The position numbers and the translations under genes were made by a program. The notes beneath the pieces were generated by a model. The model saw only the letters and a program-made list of their open reading frames with translations, did no database searches and was not told where the DNA came from. Of a stretch of 64,000 nt of DNA, positions 1 to 13,273 are shown piece by piece; position 1 is the stretch's first letter, and every line of letters begins with the position of its first letter. Origin of the DNA: Eledone cirrhosa (lineage: Eukaryota); the NCBI GenBank assembly GCA_964016885.1, contig OZ024749.1, positions 10,540,001 to 10,604,000 on the forward strand. Reading direction: 5' to 3'.

Positions 1-3000
1 AGATATGTCAGAGACCAGTCAGTGGTCAATGAGAACCATTAGCAAGGGTCAGATATGTCAGAGACCGGTCAGTGGTCAATGAGAACCATTAGTAAGGGTC
101 AGATATGTCAGAGACCGGTCAGTGGTCAATGAGAACCATTAGCAAGGGTCAGATATGTCAGAGACCAGTCAGTGGTCAATGAGAACCATTAGCAAGGGTC
201 AGATATGTCAGAGACCGGTCAGTGGTCAATGAGAACCATTAGTAAGGGTCAGATATGTCAGAGACCGGTCAGTGGTCAATGAGAACCATTAGCAAGGGTC
301 AGATATGTCAGAGACCAGTCAGTGGTCAATGAGAACCATTAGCAAGGGTCAGATATGTCAGAGACCGGTCAGTGGTCAATGAGAACCATTAGTAAGGGTC
401 AGATATGTCAGAGACCGGTCAGTGGTCAATGAGAACCATTAGCAAGGGTCAGATATGTCAGAGACCAGTCAGTGGTCAATGAGAACCATTAGCAAGGGTC
501 AGATATGTCAGAGACCGGTCAGTGGTCAATGAGAACCATTAGTAAGGGTCAGATATGTCAGAGACCGGTCAGTGGTCAATGAGAACCATTAGCAAGGGTC
601 AGATATGTCAGAGACCAGTCAGTGGTCAATAAAAACCTTTAGTAAGGGTCAGATATGTCAGAGACCAGTCAGTGGTCAATGAGAACCATTAGCAAGGGTC
701 AGATATGTCAGAGACCGGTCAGTGGTCAATGAGAACCATTAGCAAGGGTCAGTTATGTCAGAGGCCAGTCAGTGGTCAATGAGAACCATTAGCAAGGGTC
801 AGATATGTCAGAGACCAGTCAGTGGTCAATGAGAACCATTAGCAAGGGTCAGATATGTCAGAGACCAGTCAGTGGTCAATGAGAACGATTAGCAAGGGTC
901 AGATATGTCAGAGACCGGTCAATGGTCAATGAGAACCATTAGCAAGGGTCAGATATGTCAGAGACCAGTCAGTGGTCAATGAGAACCATTAGCAAGGGTC
1001 AGATATGTCAGAGACCGGTCAGTGGTCAATGAGAACCATTAGTAAGGGTCAGATATGTCAGAGACCGGTCAGTGGTCAATGAGAACCATTAGCAAGGGTC
1101 AGATATGTCAGAGACCAGTCAGTGGTCAATGAGAACCATTAGCAAGGGTCAGATATGTCAGAGAGCAGTCAGTGGTCAATGAGAACCATTAGCAAGGGTC
1201 AGATATGTCAGAGACCGGTCAGTGGTCAATGAGAACCATTAGTAAGGGTCAGATATGTCAGAGACCGGTCAGTGGTCAATGAGAACCATTAGCAAGGGTC
1301 AGATATGTCAGAGACCAGTCAGTGGTCAATGAGAACCATTAGCAAGGGTCAGATATGTCAGAGACCAGTCAGTGGTCAATGAGAACCATTAGCAAGGGTC
1401 AGATATGTCAGAGACCAGTCAGTGGTCAATGAGAACTATTAGCAAGGGTCAGATATGTCAGAGACCGGTCAGTGGTCAATGAGAACCATTAGTAAGGGTC
1501 AGATATGTCAGAGACCGGTCAGTGGTCAATGAGAACCATTAGCAAGGGTCAGATGTCAGAGACCAGTCAGTGGTCAATGAGAACCATTAGCAAGGGTCAG
1601 ATATGTCAGAGACCAGTCAGTGGTCAATGAGAACCATTAGCAAGGGTCAGATATGTCAGAGACCGGTCAATGGTCAATGAGAACCATTAGCAAGGGTCAG
1701 ATATGTCAGAGACCAGTCAGTGGTCAATGAGAACCATTAGCAAGGGTCAGATATGTCAGAGACCAGTCAGTGGTCAATGAGAACCATTAGCAAGGGTCAG
1801 ATATGTCAGAGACCAGTCAGTGGTCAATGAGAACCATTAGCAAGGGTCAGATATGTCAGAGACCGGTCAGTGGTCAATGAGAACCATTAGTAAGGGTCAG
1901 ATATGTCAGAGACCGGTCAGTGGTCAATGAGAACCATTAGCAAGGGTCAGATATGTCAGAGACCGGTCAGTGGTCAATGAGAAATATTAGTAAGGGTCAG
2001 ATATGTCAGAGACCGCTCAGTGGTCAATGAGAACCATTAGCAAGGGTCAGATATGTCAGAGACCGGTCAGTGGTCAATGAGAACCATTAGCAAGGGTCAG
2101 ATATGTCAGAGACCGGTCAGTGGTCAATGAGAACCATTAGTAAGGGTCAGATATGTCAGAGACCAGTCAGTGGTCAATGAGAACCATTAGCAAGGGTCAG
2201 ATATGTCAGAGACCGGTCAGTGGTCAATGAGAACCATTAGCAAGGGTCAGATATGTCAGAGACCGGTCAGTGGTCAATGAGAACCATTAGCAAGGGTCAG
2301 ATATGTCAGAGACCGCTCAGTGGTCAATGAGAACCATTAGCAAGGGTCAGATATGTCAGAGACCGGTCAGTGGTCAATGAGAACCATTAGCAAGGGTCAG
2401 ATATGTCAGAGACCGGTCAGTGGTCAATGAGAACCATTAGCAAGGGTCAGATATGTCAGAGACCGGTCAGTGGTCAATGAGAACCATTAGCAAGGGTCAG
2501 ATATGTCAGAGACCAGTCAGTGGTCAATAAAAACCTTTAGTAAGGGTCAGATATGTCAGAGACCAGTCAGTGGTCAATGAGAACCATTAGCAAGGGTCAG
2601 ATATGTCAGAGACCGGTCAGTGGTCAATGAGAACCATTAGCAAGGGTCAGATATGTCAGAGACCAGTCAGTGGTCAATGAGAACCATTAGTAAGGGTCAG
2701 ATATGTCAGAGACCGGTCAGTGGTCAATGAGAACCATTAGCAAGGGTCAGATATGTCAGAGACCAGTCAGTGGTCAATGAGAACCATTAGTAAGGGTCAG
2801 ATATGTCAGAGACCGGTCAGTGGTCAATGAGAACCATTAGCAAGGGTCAGATATGTCAGAGACCGGTCAGTGGTCAATGAGAACCATTAGCAAGGGTCAG
2901 ATATGTCAGAGACCAGTCAGTGGTCAATGAGAACCATTAGTAAGGGTCAGATATGTCAGAGACCAGTCAGTGGTCAATGAGAACCATTAGTAAGGGTCAG

Positions 3001-4218
3001 ATATGTCAGAGACCGGTCAGTGGTCAATGAGAACCATTAGCAAGGGTCAGATATGTCAGAGACCAGTCAGTGGTCAATGAGAACCATTAGTAAGGGTCAG
3101 ATATGTCAGAGACCGGTCAGTGGTCAATGAGAACCATTAGCAAGGGTCAGATATGTCAGAGACCGGTCAGTGGTCAATGAGAACCATTAGTAAGGGTCAG
3201 ATATGTCAGAGACCGGTCAGTGGTCAATGAGAACCATTAGCAAGGGTCAGATATGTCAGAGACCGGTCAGTGGTCAATGAGAACCATTAGCAAGGGTCAG
3301 ATATGTCAGAGACCGGTCAGTGGTCAATGAGAACCATTAGCAAGGGTCAGATATGTCAGAGACCGGTCAGTGGTCAATGAGAACCATTAGCAAGGGTCAG
3401 ATATGTCAGAGACCGCTCAGTGGTCAATGAGAACCATTAGCAAGGGTCAGATATGTCAGAGACCAGTCAGTGGTCAATGAGAACCATTAGCAAGGGTCAG
3501 ATATGTCAGAGACCGGTCAGTGGTCAATGAGAACCATTAGCAAGGGTCAGATATGTCAGAGACCGGTCAGTGGTCAATGAGAACCATTAGCAAGGGTCAG
3601 ATATGTCAGAGACCGGTCAGTGGTCAATGAGAACCATTAGCAAGGGTCAGATATGTCAGAGACCGGTCAGTGGTCAATGAGAACCATTAGCAAGGGTCAG
3701 ATATGTCAGAGACCGCTCAGTGGTCAATGAGAACCATTAGCAAGGGTCAGATATGTCAGAGACCGGTCAGTGGTCAATGAGAACCATTAGCAAGGGTCAG
3801 ATATGTCAGAGACCGGTCAGTGGTCAATGAGAACCATTAGCAAGGGTCAGATATGTCAGAGACCGGTCAGTGGTCAATGAGAACCATTAGCAAGGGTCAG
3901 ATATGTCAGAGACCAGTCAGTGGTCAATAAAAACCTTTAGTAAGGGTCAGATATGTCAGAGACCAGTCAGTGGTCAATGAGAACCATTAGCAAGGGTCAG
4001 ATATGTCAGAGACCGGTCAGTGGTCAATGAGAACCATTAGCAAGGGTCAGATATGTCAGAGACCAGTAGCAAGGGTCGGTTATGTCAGAGACCAGTCAGT
4101 GGTCAATGAGAACCATTAGTAAGGGTCAGATATGTCAGAGACCGGTCAGTGGTCAATGAGAACCATTAGCAAGGGTCAGATATGTCAGAGACCAGTCAGT
4201 GGTCAATAAAAACCTTTA
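1..4218. repeat. 50-bp tandem satellite, about 84 copies, open at the window start
   Basis: unit agatatgtcagagacc(a/g)gtcagtggtcaatgagaaccattag(c/t)aagggtc. Confidence 0.99.
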
Positions 4219-4415
4219 CAGCTGGATGCCCTTCCTGGTGCCAACAATTTTAGTCACTTTTTTCAACTCACGGGGATATTATCATCATAATCATGATTTT
4301 TACCCAGATACAAACAGCATAAAGGATATCACAAAAAAAACAAAAAAAAACAATCATGATTCTTAGTATAAAAGACAAAAAAGAAAAGTTTTCCTCAAAA
4401 ATAATGTTTACTTAC

Positions 4416-4550
4416 ATTAGTGCAAAGATTTTCATAGAATTCCAAGAGATTCTTTACAATGGCATCAATATCTGCAGTGTTATGTAAAACAACTGAATAC
4501 AACTGAGCGCCATACTCGGTCATGACTTCTTTAGTTGAACAAGATAGACG
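4416..4550 (-). CDS. ECPAS: ECM29/ECPAS exon (last in window): RLSCSTKEVMTEYGAQLYSVVLHNTADIDAIVKNLLEFYENLCTN
   Basis: ctctag| acceptor, |gtaagt donor; resembles SKEEMRELAALFYSVV. Confidence 0.85.
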
Positions 4551-4760
4551 CTAGAGAAGAACAAGAGAATATTTCCATATACTACACAACAAGTAGACAT
4601 CATAGATGCAGCGTTTAGAGTATAGCTTCGTTTTGTTGTTCATTACAATATTGACTTCTACGAATCAACCATAATAATACACCATGTCTGTTGTGTGTAT
4701 ATATATGATGACACAACTGAAGCTATATCTGTTTTATTGTTGTATATATATATATATATA

Positions 4761-5263
4761 TTTCGTTTCTGAATTTGTTTAGCAAGATTCTTTATCTGAA
4801 ATCGTGTGTTGAAACCGATATTGTTATACTTAGGGAGGGTCATGTTGCCAATAAGAAACACACGCACCAGTTGCTTTCACTTCAATTTAATTTATTATAT
4901 ATTTATAAATTTACAAATTTATAAATTTCTGGTTGGTTGGTTGGTTCCACAACCAGATAGTTGTTTATATATATATAGTCATAGTTCTTTCGTCACACAC
5001 TCTGTGACCTCTTCAGTGACTGGGGATTTCTTTCTTCGTTTCTGTAGAAAGGAAGAAAGAAATCCCCAGTCACTGAAGAGGTCACAGAGTGTGTGACGAA
5101 AGAACTATGACTATATATATATAAACAACTATCTGGTTGTGGAACCAACCAACCAACCAGAAATTTATAAATTTGTAAATTTATAAATATATAATAAATT
5201 AAATTGAAGTGAAAGCAACTGGTGCGTGTGTTTCTTATTGGCAACATGACCCTCCCTAAGTAT

Positions 5264-5271
<8 letters not shown>
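4761..5271. mobile_element. fold-back element between (TA)n tracts: 454-bp near-perfect palindrome (4818-5271) plus one-sided tail; probable Penelope-like pLTR derivative
   Basis: arms are reverse complements around 5044/5045; each arm carries a hammerhead motif. Confidence 0.8.
5068..5112 (+). ncRNA. type I hammerhead ribozyme motif A (mirror copy at 4977-5021 on the minus strand)
   Basis: agtca-CTGAAGA-g-gtcaca/tgtgac-GAAA-gaac-TA-tgact; 5-bp stem I, 6-bp stem II, minimal stem III. Confidence 0.75.
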
Positions 5272-5310
<39 letters not shown>

Positions 5311-5311
<1 letters not shown>

Positions 5312-5499
5312 GTTATTCCGGGTTGAATCGGAGGTAACCACAGTAAGTAAGGTACTCAATACATAGCAGAGTATAAAAGTTTTAATATAGATGAGATTCT
5401 ACAGGACTAGAACTGTTTCATTCTTTATAAATCATCAGGATTCCTGATGATTTCTAAAGAATGAAACAGTTCTAGTCCTGTAGAATCGCATCTATATTA
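5311..5499. mobile_element. fold-back element family B, copy 1 (palindrome 5383-5499 plus tail), flanked by (TA)n
   Basis: 58-bp arms; second copy at 34286-34474. Confidence 0.8.
5439..5487 (+). ncRNA. type I hammerhead ribozyme motif B
   Basis: gattc-CTGATGA-t ttc/gaa t-GAAA, stem III acag/ctgt, GTA cleavage triplet, then gaatc. Confidence 0.75.
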
Positions 5500-6044
5500 T
5501 ATATATATATATACATGACTAGCTGAAGTACCCAACCTTGGCCCAGGAGAACAGCTAATAGAAGATGGATAAAAAAGAAAATGACTGTATTGTCTGCTTT
5601 ACAGTATGAGGTGAAACCGTAATGTGTGTGTGTGAAAGTGAGAGAGATTAAAAAAAACAAAAAAAAACATAAAACTTCCTTATTAGGCTGGGGAGTAAAC
5701 TGCTGATTAAATGATAGCATTGGCCTTAGATTTTAAATGTTGTGAAATAACCATAGTCATTATGATCTTTTTCAACTCCAAAGGACGTCATTTGAAACAG
5801 CATTATACCGCATAACATTGCTTCTGAAGTGTTTAGCTTTGTTAGTATGGTCTGTAAGCAGTATATGGATAAAAGCTGGAGGGTTCCCTATCAGTGGAAG
5901 CCTGGAAATGCATCAACGATTGTCCCCCTTGCTTCTGCTGGACATCACCAGAGGGCATTAGTCCCGGTGCTTTGCATAGCTACGGCTTTCTAAATGTTTA
6001 CCTGTAAACATAGCGTATTTCTTTAGAAATACGAAATTCTAATA

Positions 6045-6071
6045 TATACACACACACACATATATATATAT

Positions 6072-6133
<62 letters not shown>

Positions 6134-6157
6134 TATATTATATATATATATATATAT

Positions 6158-6246
<89 letters not shown>

Positions 6247-6720
6247 ATATATAATATATATATATATATTATATATATATATATATATTATATATATTAT
6301 ATATATATACATATGTGTATGTGTATATACATATGTGTATGTGTGTGTATATGTATATCTCAGTGGATGCGACCAGATTTCAACACAGCAACAACTACAA
6401 CAACAACAGCAGCAACACCAATAACAACAACAACAGCAACAACACCATCGTCTGTGTTGAATGTGTGTGTATGTATGTATTTATATATATGCGACAGCAA
6501 TAACAGCATCAACACCATTGTCTGCAGCAACAGCAGCAGTGAAATGAAGGACAACAACAACAGTAACAACTACAATAACAACTACAGCACCAACAACTGC
6601 CACCACCATCACTGACCATCCACCACCACCACGCTGATACCATCCACCACCACCACACTGACACCATCCACCACCGCCATTACCAGCGTAAAGCAAACAA
6701 TTATTATTGTTATTATTATT
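6045..6720. repeat. (TA)n, (AAC)n, (ACC)n and (ATT)n microsatellite cluster
   Basis: direct inspection. Confidence 0.95.
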
Positions 6721-6964
6721 ATATACAAGCCGAACTGGACTGGGAAAGGTCAACAGTTGACATGATAGTGATTTTGACGATTTTGATTTTGTATCAGTAC
6801 TGTCGGTAATATATGTATATATATATATGTGTTTGTGAGTGGTGTGTGTGATTGTATGCATGAATGAGTGTTGGTATGTGTGGTTGTGGTTTGTATGCAT
6901 GAGTATTGATGTGTGAGTGTTTGTGTGTGCGTCGTGTCAATAAGTTTTTTTTTTCTTTTTATTA

Positions 6965-9900
6965 ATGACCATGCTGTAAAATGGAGGGGTAGAGAGGGCC
7001 CTTGAGTCTAGTAAGACATCCTCTCTAGTGCTGGTGGCACAAATAAAAGCACCCAGTCCATGCTGTAAAGTGGCGCTCGTGTTAGGAAGGGCATCCAACC
7101 AGTGTATCAATGCCAAAAAGCTTATCAGCACAGCAACAAATAGGAACAACAACAAAATATGAAGACATCGCATCTCAAAGTTGCAACACTTAATGTTGGC
7201 ACTCTCAGAGGTAGATCTGCTGAAATAGCGGAGATGCTGGAGAGAAGGCAGGTGGATGTGTGCTGCGTGCAAGAGGTGAGATGGAGAGGTGCCTCTGCGA
7301 GACTAGTCGTAGGCAAGCGTCTTAGCTATAAGCTATTCTGGGTAGGTAAGGATGATGGGTTAGGGGGAGTAGGCATTTTCCTGGCTGAGAAATGGATCAA
7401 TAAGACAATAGAGGTAGTTCGAGTTAGTAATCGAATAATTAAGCTTAGATTAGTTGTAGGTAGGAGACTACTGACAATCATCTCGGTCTATGCTCCCCAA
7501 GCAGGCCTAGGCGAAGATGAGAAAGACTGCTTTTATGAGCAACTTTTGCAAACAAGCACAATGACAGAGGACGGAGACATCGTTATGCTAGCAGGAGACT
7601 TCAATGGTCATGTTGGACAGCTCCAGGATGGTTACACTGGGGTACATGGTGGGCACGGTTACGGTTCAAGAAATGAAGAAGGAGTGAGACTTCTTGAATT
7701 TTGTGATGCGAGTACATTGACTATTTGCAACACAAACTTCCAGAAACCTGCCAATCACCTAATAACCTACAAATCTGGTGAGCACATAAGCCAGATTGAC
7801 TTCCTGCTAGTTAGGCAGCGGGACAGGCAGATAGTGTCTAATACCAAGGCATACCCTGGGGAAGAATGTACCCCACAGCATAGGTTAGTTGTTAGTGATA
7901 TCTCAGTAAGCAAGAGATGGAATGAGACATATAGGAAGGTGTGGAGAAGAAAGGTCTGGAAGCTAAAAGACCTTTCACTAAAATACAAATTTAGGAAAGC
8001 CCTTCAAGATGTATATGACGAAAAAGAAGACGATTTAGAGACGTATGACATAGATAATAACTGGAAGTTCTTACGTGACAACTTGCTGCAGGCTGGGAGT
8101 AGGGAAGGATATACAGCCGCTAAGAGAGAAGCTAGACGTCAGGTGTACTTAGCACGCAGGGAGGCAGAGAGTAGGAGGTTTGCCAATGTTCTGCGACGGG
8201 AAGATCAGAGGCGTGCGGTGTTCCACATTGCAAGGCAGTGTGTCAATGCAAATGAGGATGTTGTAGGAGATAAATGTGTCCGGGATGATGCTGGTGTACT
8301 TAGTGTCACGAATGACCAGAAAAAGGAGGCCTGGAAATGTCATTATGAGAGACTGATGAATGTGGAGAACGAATGGGAGAGAGAGAAATTACCCTTGGTA
8401 GATCCGACAGAGGGATCAGCTATTGAGATTGACGAATATAGGGTCCAAGAGGCGATTAGGGAAATGAAAAATGGTAAGGCAGCCGGACCATCGGGAATAG
8501 TTGCTGAGATGCTGAAGGCATCAGGGGACGTAGGCACTAAACTGGTTGCACGCATCATCAATCAGGCTATATATGGTGGTGTCATACCCAAAGACTGGTG
8601 CAGCAGTATTCTCATAAATTGCTACAAAGGTAAAGGGGATGCTTTGGAGAGGAGCAATTATAGGGGTATAAAACTGATAGATCAGGTTATGAAAGTGGCA
8701 GAAAGGATTTTAGCACAACTAATTAGAGAAAGGGTCAAACTAGATGAGATGCAGTTTGGTTTTGTGCCTGGGAAGAGTACAACAGATGCCCTCTTCTTGG
8801 TGAGACAAATGCAAGAGAGGTTCTTAGAGAAGAATAAGCCACTATACTTAGCCTTTGTTGACCTAGAGAAGGCCTTTGATAGGGTACCCCGATCTGTCAT
8901 CTGGTGGTCCCTAAGGAAGCTAGGTGTTGAGGAATGGCTTGTGAGGACAGTGCAAACTTTGTACAGAGGTACTCTCAGTAAAGTCAGGGTAGGAATGGAG
9001 TTTAGTGAGGAATTCCAGATACAAGTAGGAGTACATCAGGGTTCGGTCCTCAGCCCGCTCTTGTTCATTATAGTCCTCCAAGCCATAACAGAGGAGTTTA
9101 AGACTGGCTGTCCATGTGAACTTCTCTATGCTGACGATCTGGCTCTTATAGCAGAATCAGTAGAGGAGCTAGAGAATAAATTCCGGCTATGGAAACAGCA
9201 GTTGGAAGCAAGAGGACTGAGAGTAAATCTAGCTAAGACAAAAGTGTTGATGAGTAGAAAAGAGGACAAAACCCTGATTCCGTCAGGGAAATGGCCATGT
9301 TCGATATGCAGAAAAGGAACTGGCATAAATTCTATAAAATGCACACAATGCAGGTCCTGGGTACACAAGAGATGTAGCGGGATAGCAGGCAAACTAATAG
9401 GTAGGGAGAAATATGTATGCAGTAGATGTACAGGGAAATTAGACAGTAGAAGTCGCACTGATAGACACATTTTTCAAATGCGAGAGGGCGCTATAGAAGT
9501 GGTGGATAGCTTCCGGTACCTAGGAGATCAGATTAGCATGGGAGGAGGGTGTTCCGAGGCCATAGTATCTAGAATAAGGACGGGTTGGAAGAAGTTTAGG
9601 GAGCTGCTTCCTCTGTTGACGAAGGGTTTCTCCCTGCGTACGAAAGGCCGGTTGTATGATGCCTGTGTGAGGAGCGCGATGCTGCATGGTAGTGAGACAT
9701 GGGCAGCAACCGCAGAGGATATGCGACGGCTGGAGAGAAATGAGGCAAGCATGCTCCATTGGATGTGCAGTGTAAATGTGCGTGAACGACCCAGCATAAA
9801 TGTGTTGAGAGAGAAACTGTGTCTGAGAGGGATAGAATGTAGTGTACGGGAGAGGAGACTGAGGTGGTATGGACATGTGATGCGCATGGAGGATGACCGA

Positions 9901-10118
9901 TGGGTGAAGAAGTGCCAGGAAATGCCAGTTGAAGGAAGACGTGGTAGAGGTAGACCACGAAAAACATGGGCGGAGGTGGTGAGAACAGACCTCAGATCAT
10001 TGAAGCTCACGGTGGAGATGACGAGGGACCGTGACGAGTGGAGAGATGCTGTGCTGAATAAGACCCGTCCCACCCTTGCAAGCAGGGAAAAGCGGACGTA
10101 AAATGATGATGATGATGA

Positions 10119-10119
<1 letters not shown>
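6965..10119 (+). mobile_element. near full-length RTE LINE (family 1) ending in a (GAT)n tail
   Basis: single long ORF; tail directly after the stop codon; 5' boundary approximate. Confidence 0.9.
7159..10101 (+). CDS. RTE-clade LINE ORF: APE endonuclease, reverse transcriptase and PHD-like finger (980 aa)
   Basis: APE motifs NV, QE, YAP, GDFNGH; RT motifs DLEKAFD, GVHQGSVLSP, YADD; C-terminal GRGRPRKTW. Confidence 0.96.
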   Translation: MKTSHLKVATLNVGTLRGRSAEIAEMLERRQVDVCCVQEVRWRGASARLVVGKRLSYKLFWVGKDDGLGGVGIFLAEKWINKTIEVVRVSNRIIKLRLVVGRRLLTIISVYAPQAGLGEDEKDCFYEQLLQTSTMTEDGDIVMLAGDFNGHVGQLQDGYTGVHGGHGYGSRNEEGVRLLEFCDASTLTICNTNFQKPANHLITYKSGEHISQIDFLLVRQRDRQIVSNTKAYPGEECTPQHRLVVSDISVSKRWNETYRKVWRRKVWKLKDLSLKYKFRKALQDVYDEKEDDLETYDIDNNWKFLRDNLLQAGSREGYTAAKREARRQVYLARREAESRRFANVLRREDQRRAVFHIARQCVNANEDVVGDKCVRDDAGVLSVTNDQKKEAWKCHYERLMNVENEWEREKLPLVDPTEGSAIEIDEYRVQEAIREMKNGKAAGPSGIVAEMLKASGDVGTKLVARIINQAIYGGVIPKDWCSSILINCYKGKGDALERSNYRGIKLIDQVMKVAERILAQLIRERVKLDEMQFGFVPGKSTTDALFLVRQMQERFLEKNKPLYLAFVDLEKAFDRVPRSVIWWSLRKLGVEEWLVRTVQTLYRGTLSKVRVGMEFSEEFQIQVGVHQGSVLSPLLFIIVLQAITEEFKTGCPCELLYADDLALIAESVEELENKFRLWKQQLEARGLRVNLAKTKVLMSRKEDKTLIPSGKWPCSICRKGTGINSIKCTQCRSWVHKRCSGIAGKLIGREKYVCSRCTGKLDSRSRTDRHIFQMREGAIEVVDSFRYLGDQISMGGGCSEAIVSRIRTGWKKFRELLPLLTKGFSLRTKGRLYDACVRSAMLHGSETWAATAEDMRRLERNEASMLHWMCSVNVRERPSINVLREKLCLRGIECSVRERRLRWYGHVMRMEDDRWVKKCQEMPVEGRRGRGRPRKTWAEVVRTDLRSLKLTVEMTRDRDEWRDAVLNKTRPTLASREKRT

Positions 10120-11180
<1,061 letters not shown>

Positions 11181-11487
11181 CCATCTGTAACTCTTTAAAA
11201 TTCACATACACACAATACATTTCCTATCTCAGTTACGTTGCTACAATAAGAAGGTCTCTTTCCAATCACAAGGTCCTGGGTTCTAACCCTACATTTCTTC
11301 CTGTTACTCATACGCTTAATCCTGTGTCATTTCTACATATATAAGCACTTAGCTAGAAATGAATTATTAAAACACAATTTTTATCTTTAATCACTTCCAT
11401 GTGCCGGTAATCAACATAAACTATAGGATTTCTCCCATTGAAGCAACTACTTTATATAAATACAAATTTTCCAGTTTGTATGATTAT

Positions 11488-11710
11488 TCATCATCATCAT
11501 CATCACCGTTTTACGTCCGTTCTTCCACGCTAGCATGGGTTAGACGGGTTGTCCTGTCGTGGGCAGCGTCCGATCGGCTGACCTTGTCTTGCTCATACAG
11601 GAACTGATTCTGGCTTGATTTCTACAGCTGGATGCCCTTCCTAACACCAACCTCATTTACAGTGAGTGCTGGGTGCTTTTTTGCTGTGGCACCTCCACGA
11701 CCACTTTGCA
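11488..11710 (-). mobile_element. 5'-truncated RTE 3'UTR copy with (GAT)n tail
   Basis: near identical to 60750-61015 and 33866-33992. Confidence 0.85.
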
Positions 11711-11742
11711 GTGGAATGATAGGAACCCCAGTCCCTATCATC

Positions 11743-11885
11743 TCATTTCTACAGCTGAGTAAACTTGAGCAATGTGAAATAAAGTGTCTTGCTCAAGGAA
11801 ACAACACATCACCTGGTCCGACAATTGAACTCACAACCTTTCGATTGCAAGCCCAATGCTCTAACCACTAAGCCATGTGCTTTCA
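11743..11885 (-). mobile_element. tRNA-derived SINE head (family S2)
   Basis: A box tggcttagtggttaga, B box gagttcaatt, ccttgagcaagacact; same as 59528 onward. Confidence 0.85.
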
Positions 11886-11997
11886 TGTTCATATATCTAG
11901 TAATCTTGGTATATATGGCATTACTGTGACACCTCACTCCAACGGGAGTATTGGGTCCACATACATACACACATGGTACCAAAGGGGTTAAACTCAC

Positions 11998-12089
11998 CTT
12001 TATCCAGTCGAGTTGTTTAGCAAACAAAGACGCAAGATAGGTTGGTGCTCCAGCCACCATTTCTAATAAACAATACATGAGGCGACCAT
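11998..12089 (-). CDS. ECPAS: ECM29/ECPAS exon: (D)GRLMYCLLEMVAGAPTYLASLFAKQLDWIK
   Basis: tttatag| acceptor, AAG|gtgagt donor; resembles MYCLLEAVSVYPEKLA...EWIK. Confidence 0.92.
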
Positions 12090-13053
12090 CTATAAAGACA
12101 AACAACAACATGAAGATCTCAAGTTAATTTCAGTAGAAACCAAACTAAAAAAGGGTTGAGAGGACAATTTAGTTCCATTAAAGACATAACAGCTTCTCTA
12201 GTGCTGGTGACATGCACCAAGTACACTCTGTAAAGTGGTTGGCATTAGAATGAGAATCCAGTCTTGGAAACCATAATAAAAAAGGAGAGGACTCTTGAGT
12301 CATGTCAAAAACATGGCAGCTTCTCTATAGCTGGTGCTATAAAATGCACCCAGTACACTCTGTAAAATGGTTACATTAGGATGAGCATCCCCAAAAGGCT
12401 ATAGAGCACTCTTAAATCATGTCAAGGACATGACAACCTCTCTAGTGCAGATGCTACAAGAAAATGTACCCAGTACATTCTGCAAAGTGGTTGACACCCT
12501 TTATTGGGCTTATTGAACTCAAGCAAAAAAAAAAAATCAGTCTTCTGACTGCTAGGTTTAAGTTCTCTTTTCAAATGTACTGAATTTAACTGTGTCCTAA
12601 CCCAAATGACCATAATGGTTGAGAAAATTGATTAAAGTTTTCAGAGGTATTTTACCCAATTTTCTCAACTGCTATTTATTTTGATTGATTATTATTATGG
12701 TCATGTGTATTGGGCACACACAAATTAAACATTTTCCCAATGCTTCTTTAGTCAATTGCTTTGTTTGCACTGAATTTAGTTCCTCCTGCATATAAACTTC
12801 TTTTATTATGCTTTCACATAAGGGTTTTTGGGGTTTCTTGCTTTTAAAACTGTTAAACAAATCGTCAGATGTCAGAATTACTTTTCATTTCTTCCATCAA
12901 CATCGTTCAACATCTATTTTTCCATGCTTGCTCATATAGATCTGTATTTTGGATGGTTTCTACAACTGGATGTGCTCCTAATGTTAACCACTGACAGAAA
13001 ACCAGAGCTAGTTTTAGCCAAGTTGGTTTGAAATGGTTAAATCAAATGCTTAC

Positions 13054-13273
13054 CTCTAACAGAAGATAACAATTGCTGTATAAGGTTGACATACATGTAC
13101 ACAGGCCCATCCAACTTATTTGGAAGACTGTCTCCTTCATTAAGTAGTTTAATTACATAACGACCAATCAATGGTGCCTGCTGTTGCTGAATTTCTTTTA
13201 CTGATTCCTCACTAGCAAATATGTCTTCACAGCCGGCATTGTTAGCTAAACATACTCTTAAAAACAAAATCAT
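13054..13273 (-). CDS. ECPAS: ECM29/ECPAS exon: MILFLRVCLANNAG...APLIGRYV...PVYMYVNLIQQLLSSVR
   Basis: tttcag| acceptor, G|gtaagc donor; resembles LYLRMCLAHSAG...APAIGRY...YIGLLQQLL. Confidence 0.92.

Noticed and set aside
1-4218. CRISPR-like array (also considered for the 41-, 42- and 48-bp arrays)
   Set aside because: Units are head to tail with no unique spacers; no cas genes; eukaryotic intron
4806-5268. Two near-identical ORFs on opposite strands
   Set aside because: Consequence of the palindrome; no protein similarity recognised
6313-6900. Asn/Thr/Gly-rich ORFs
   Set aside because: Trinucleotide microsatellite translations
7767-10073. Antisense ORFs overlapping LINE coding regions (also at 19, 32, 43 and 61-63 kb)
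   Set aside because: Shadow frames of RT sequences
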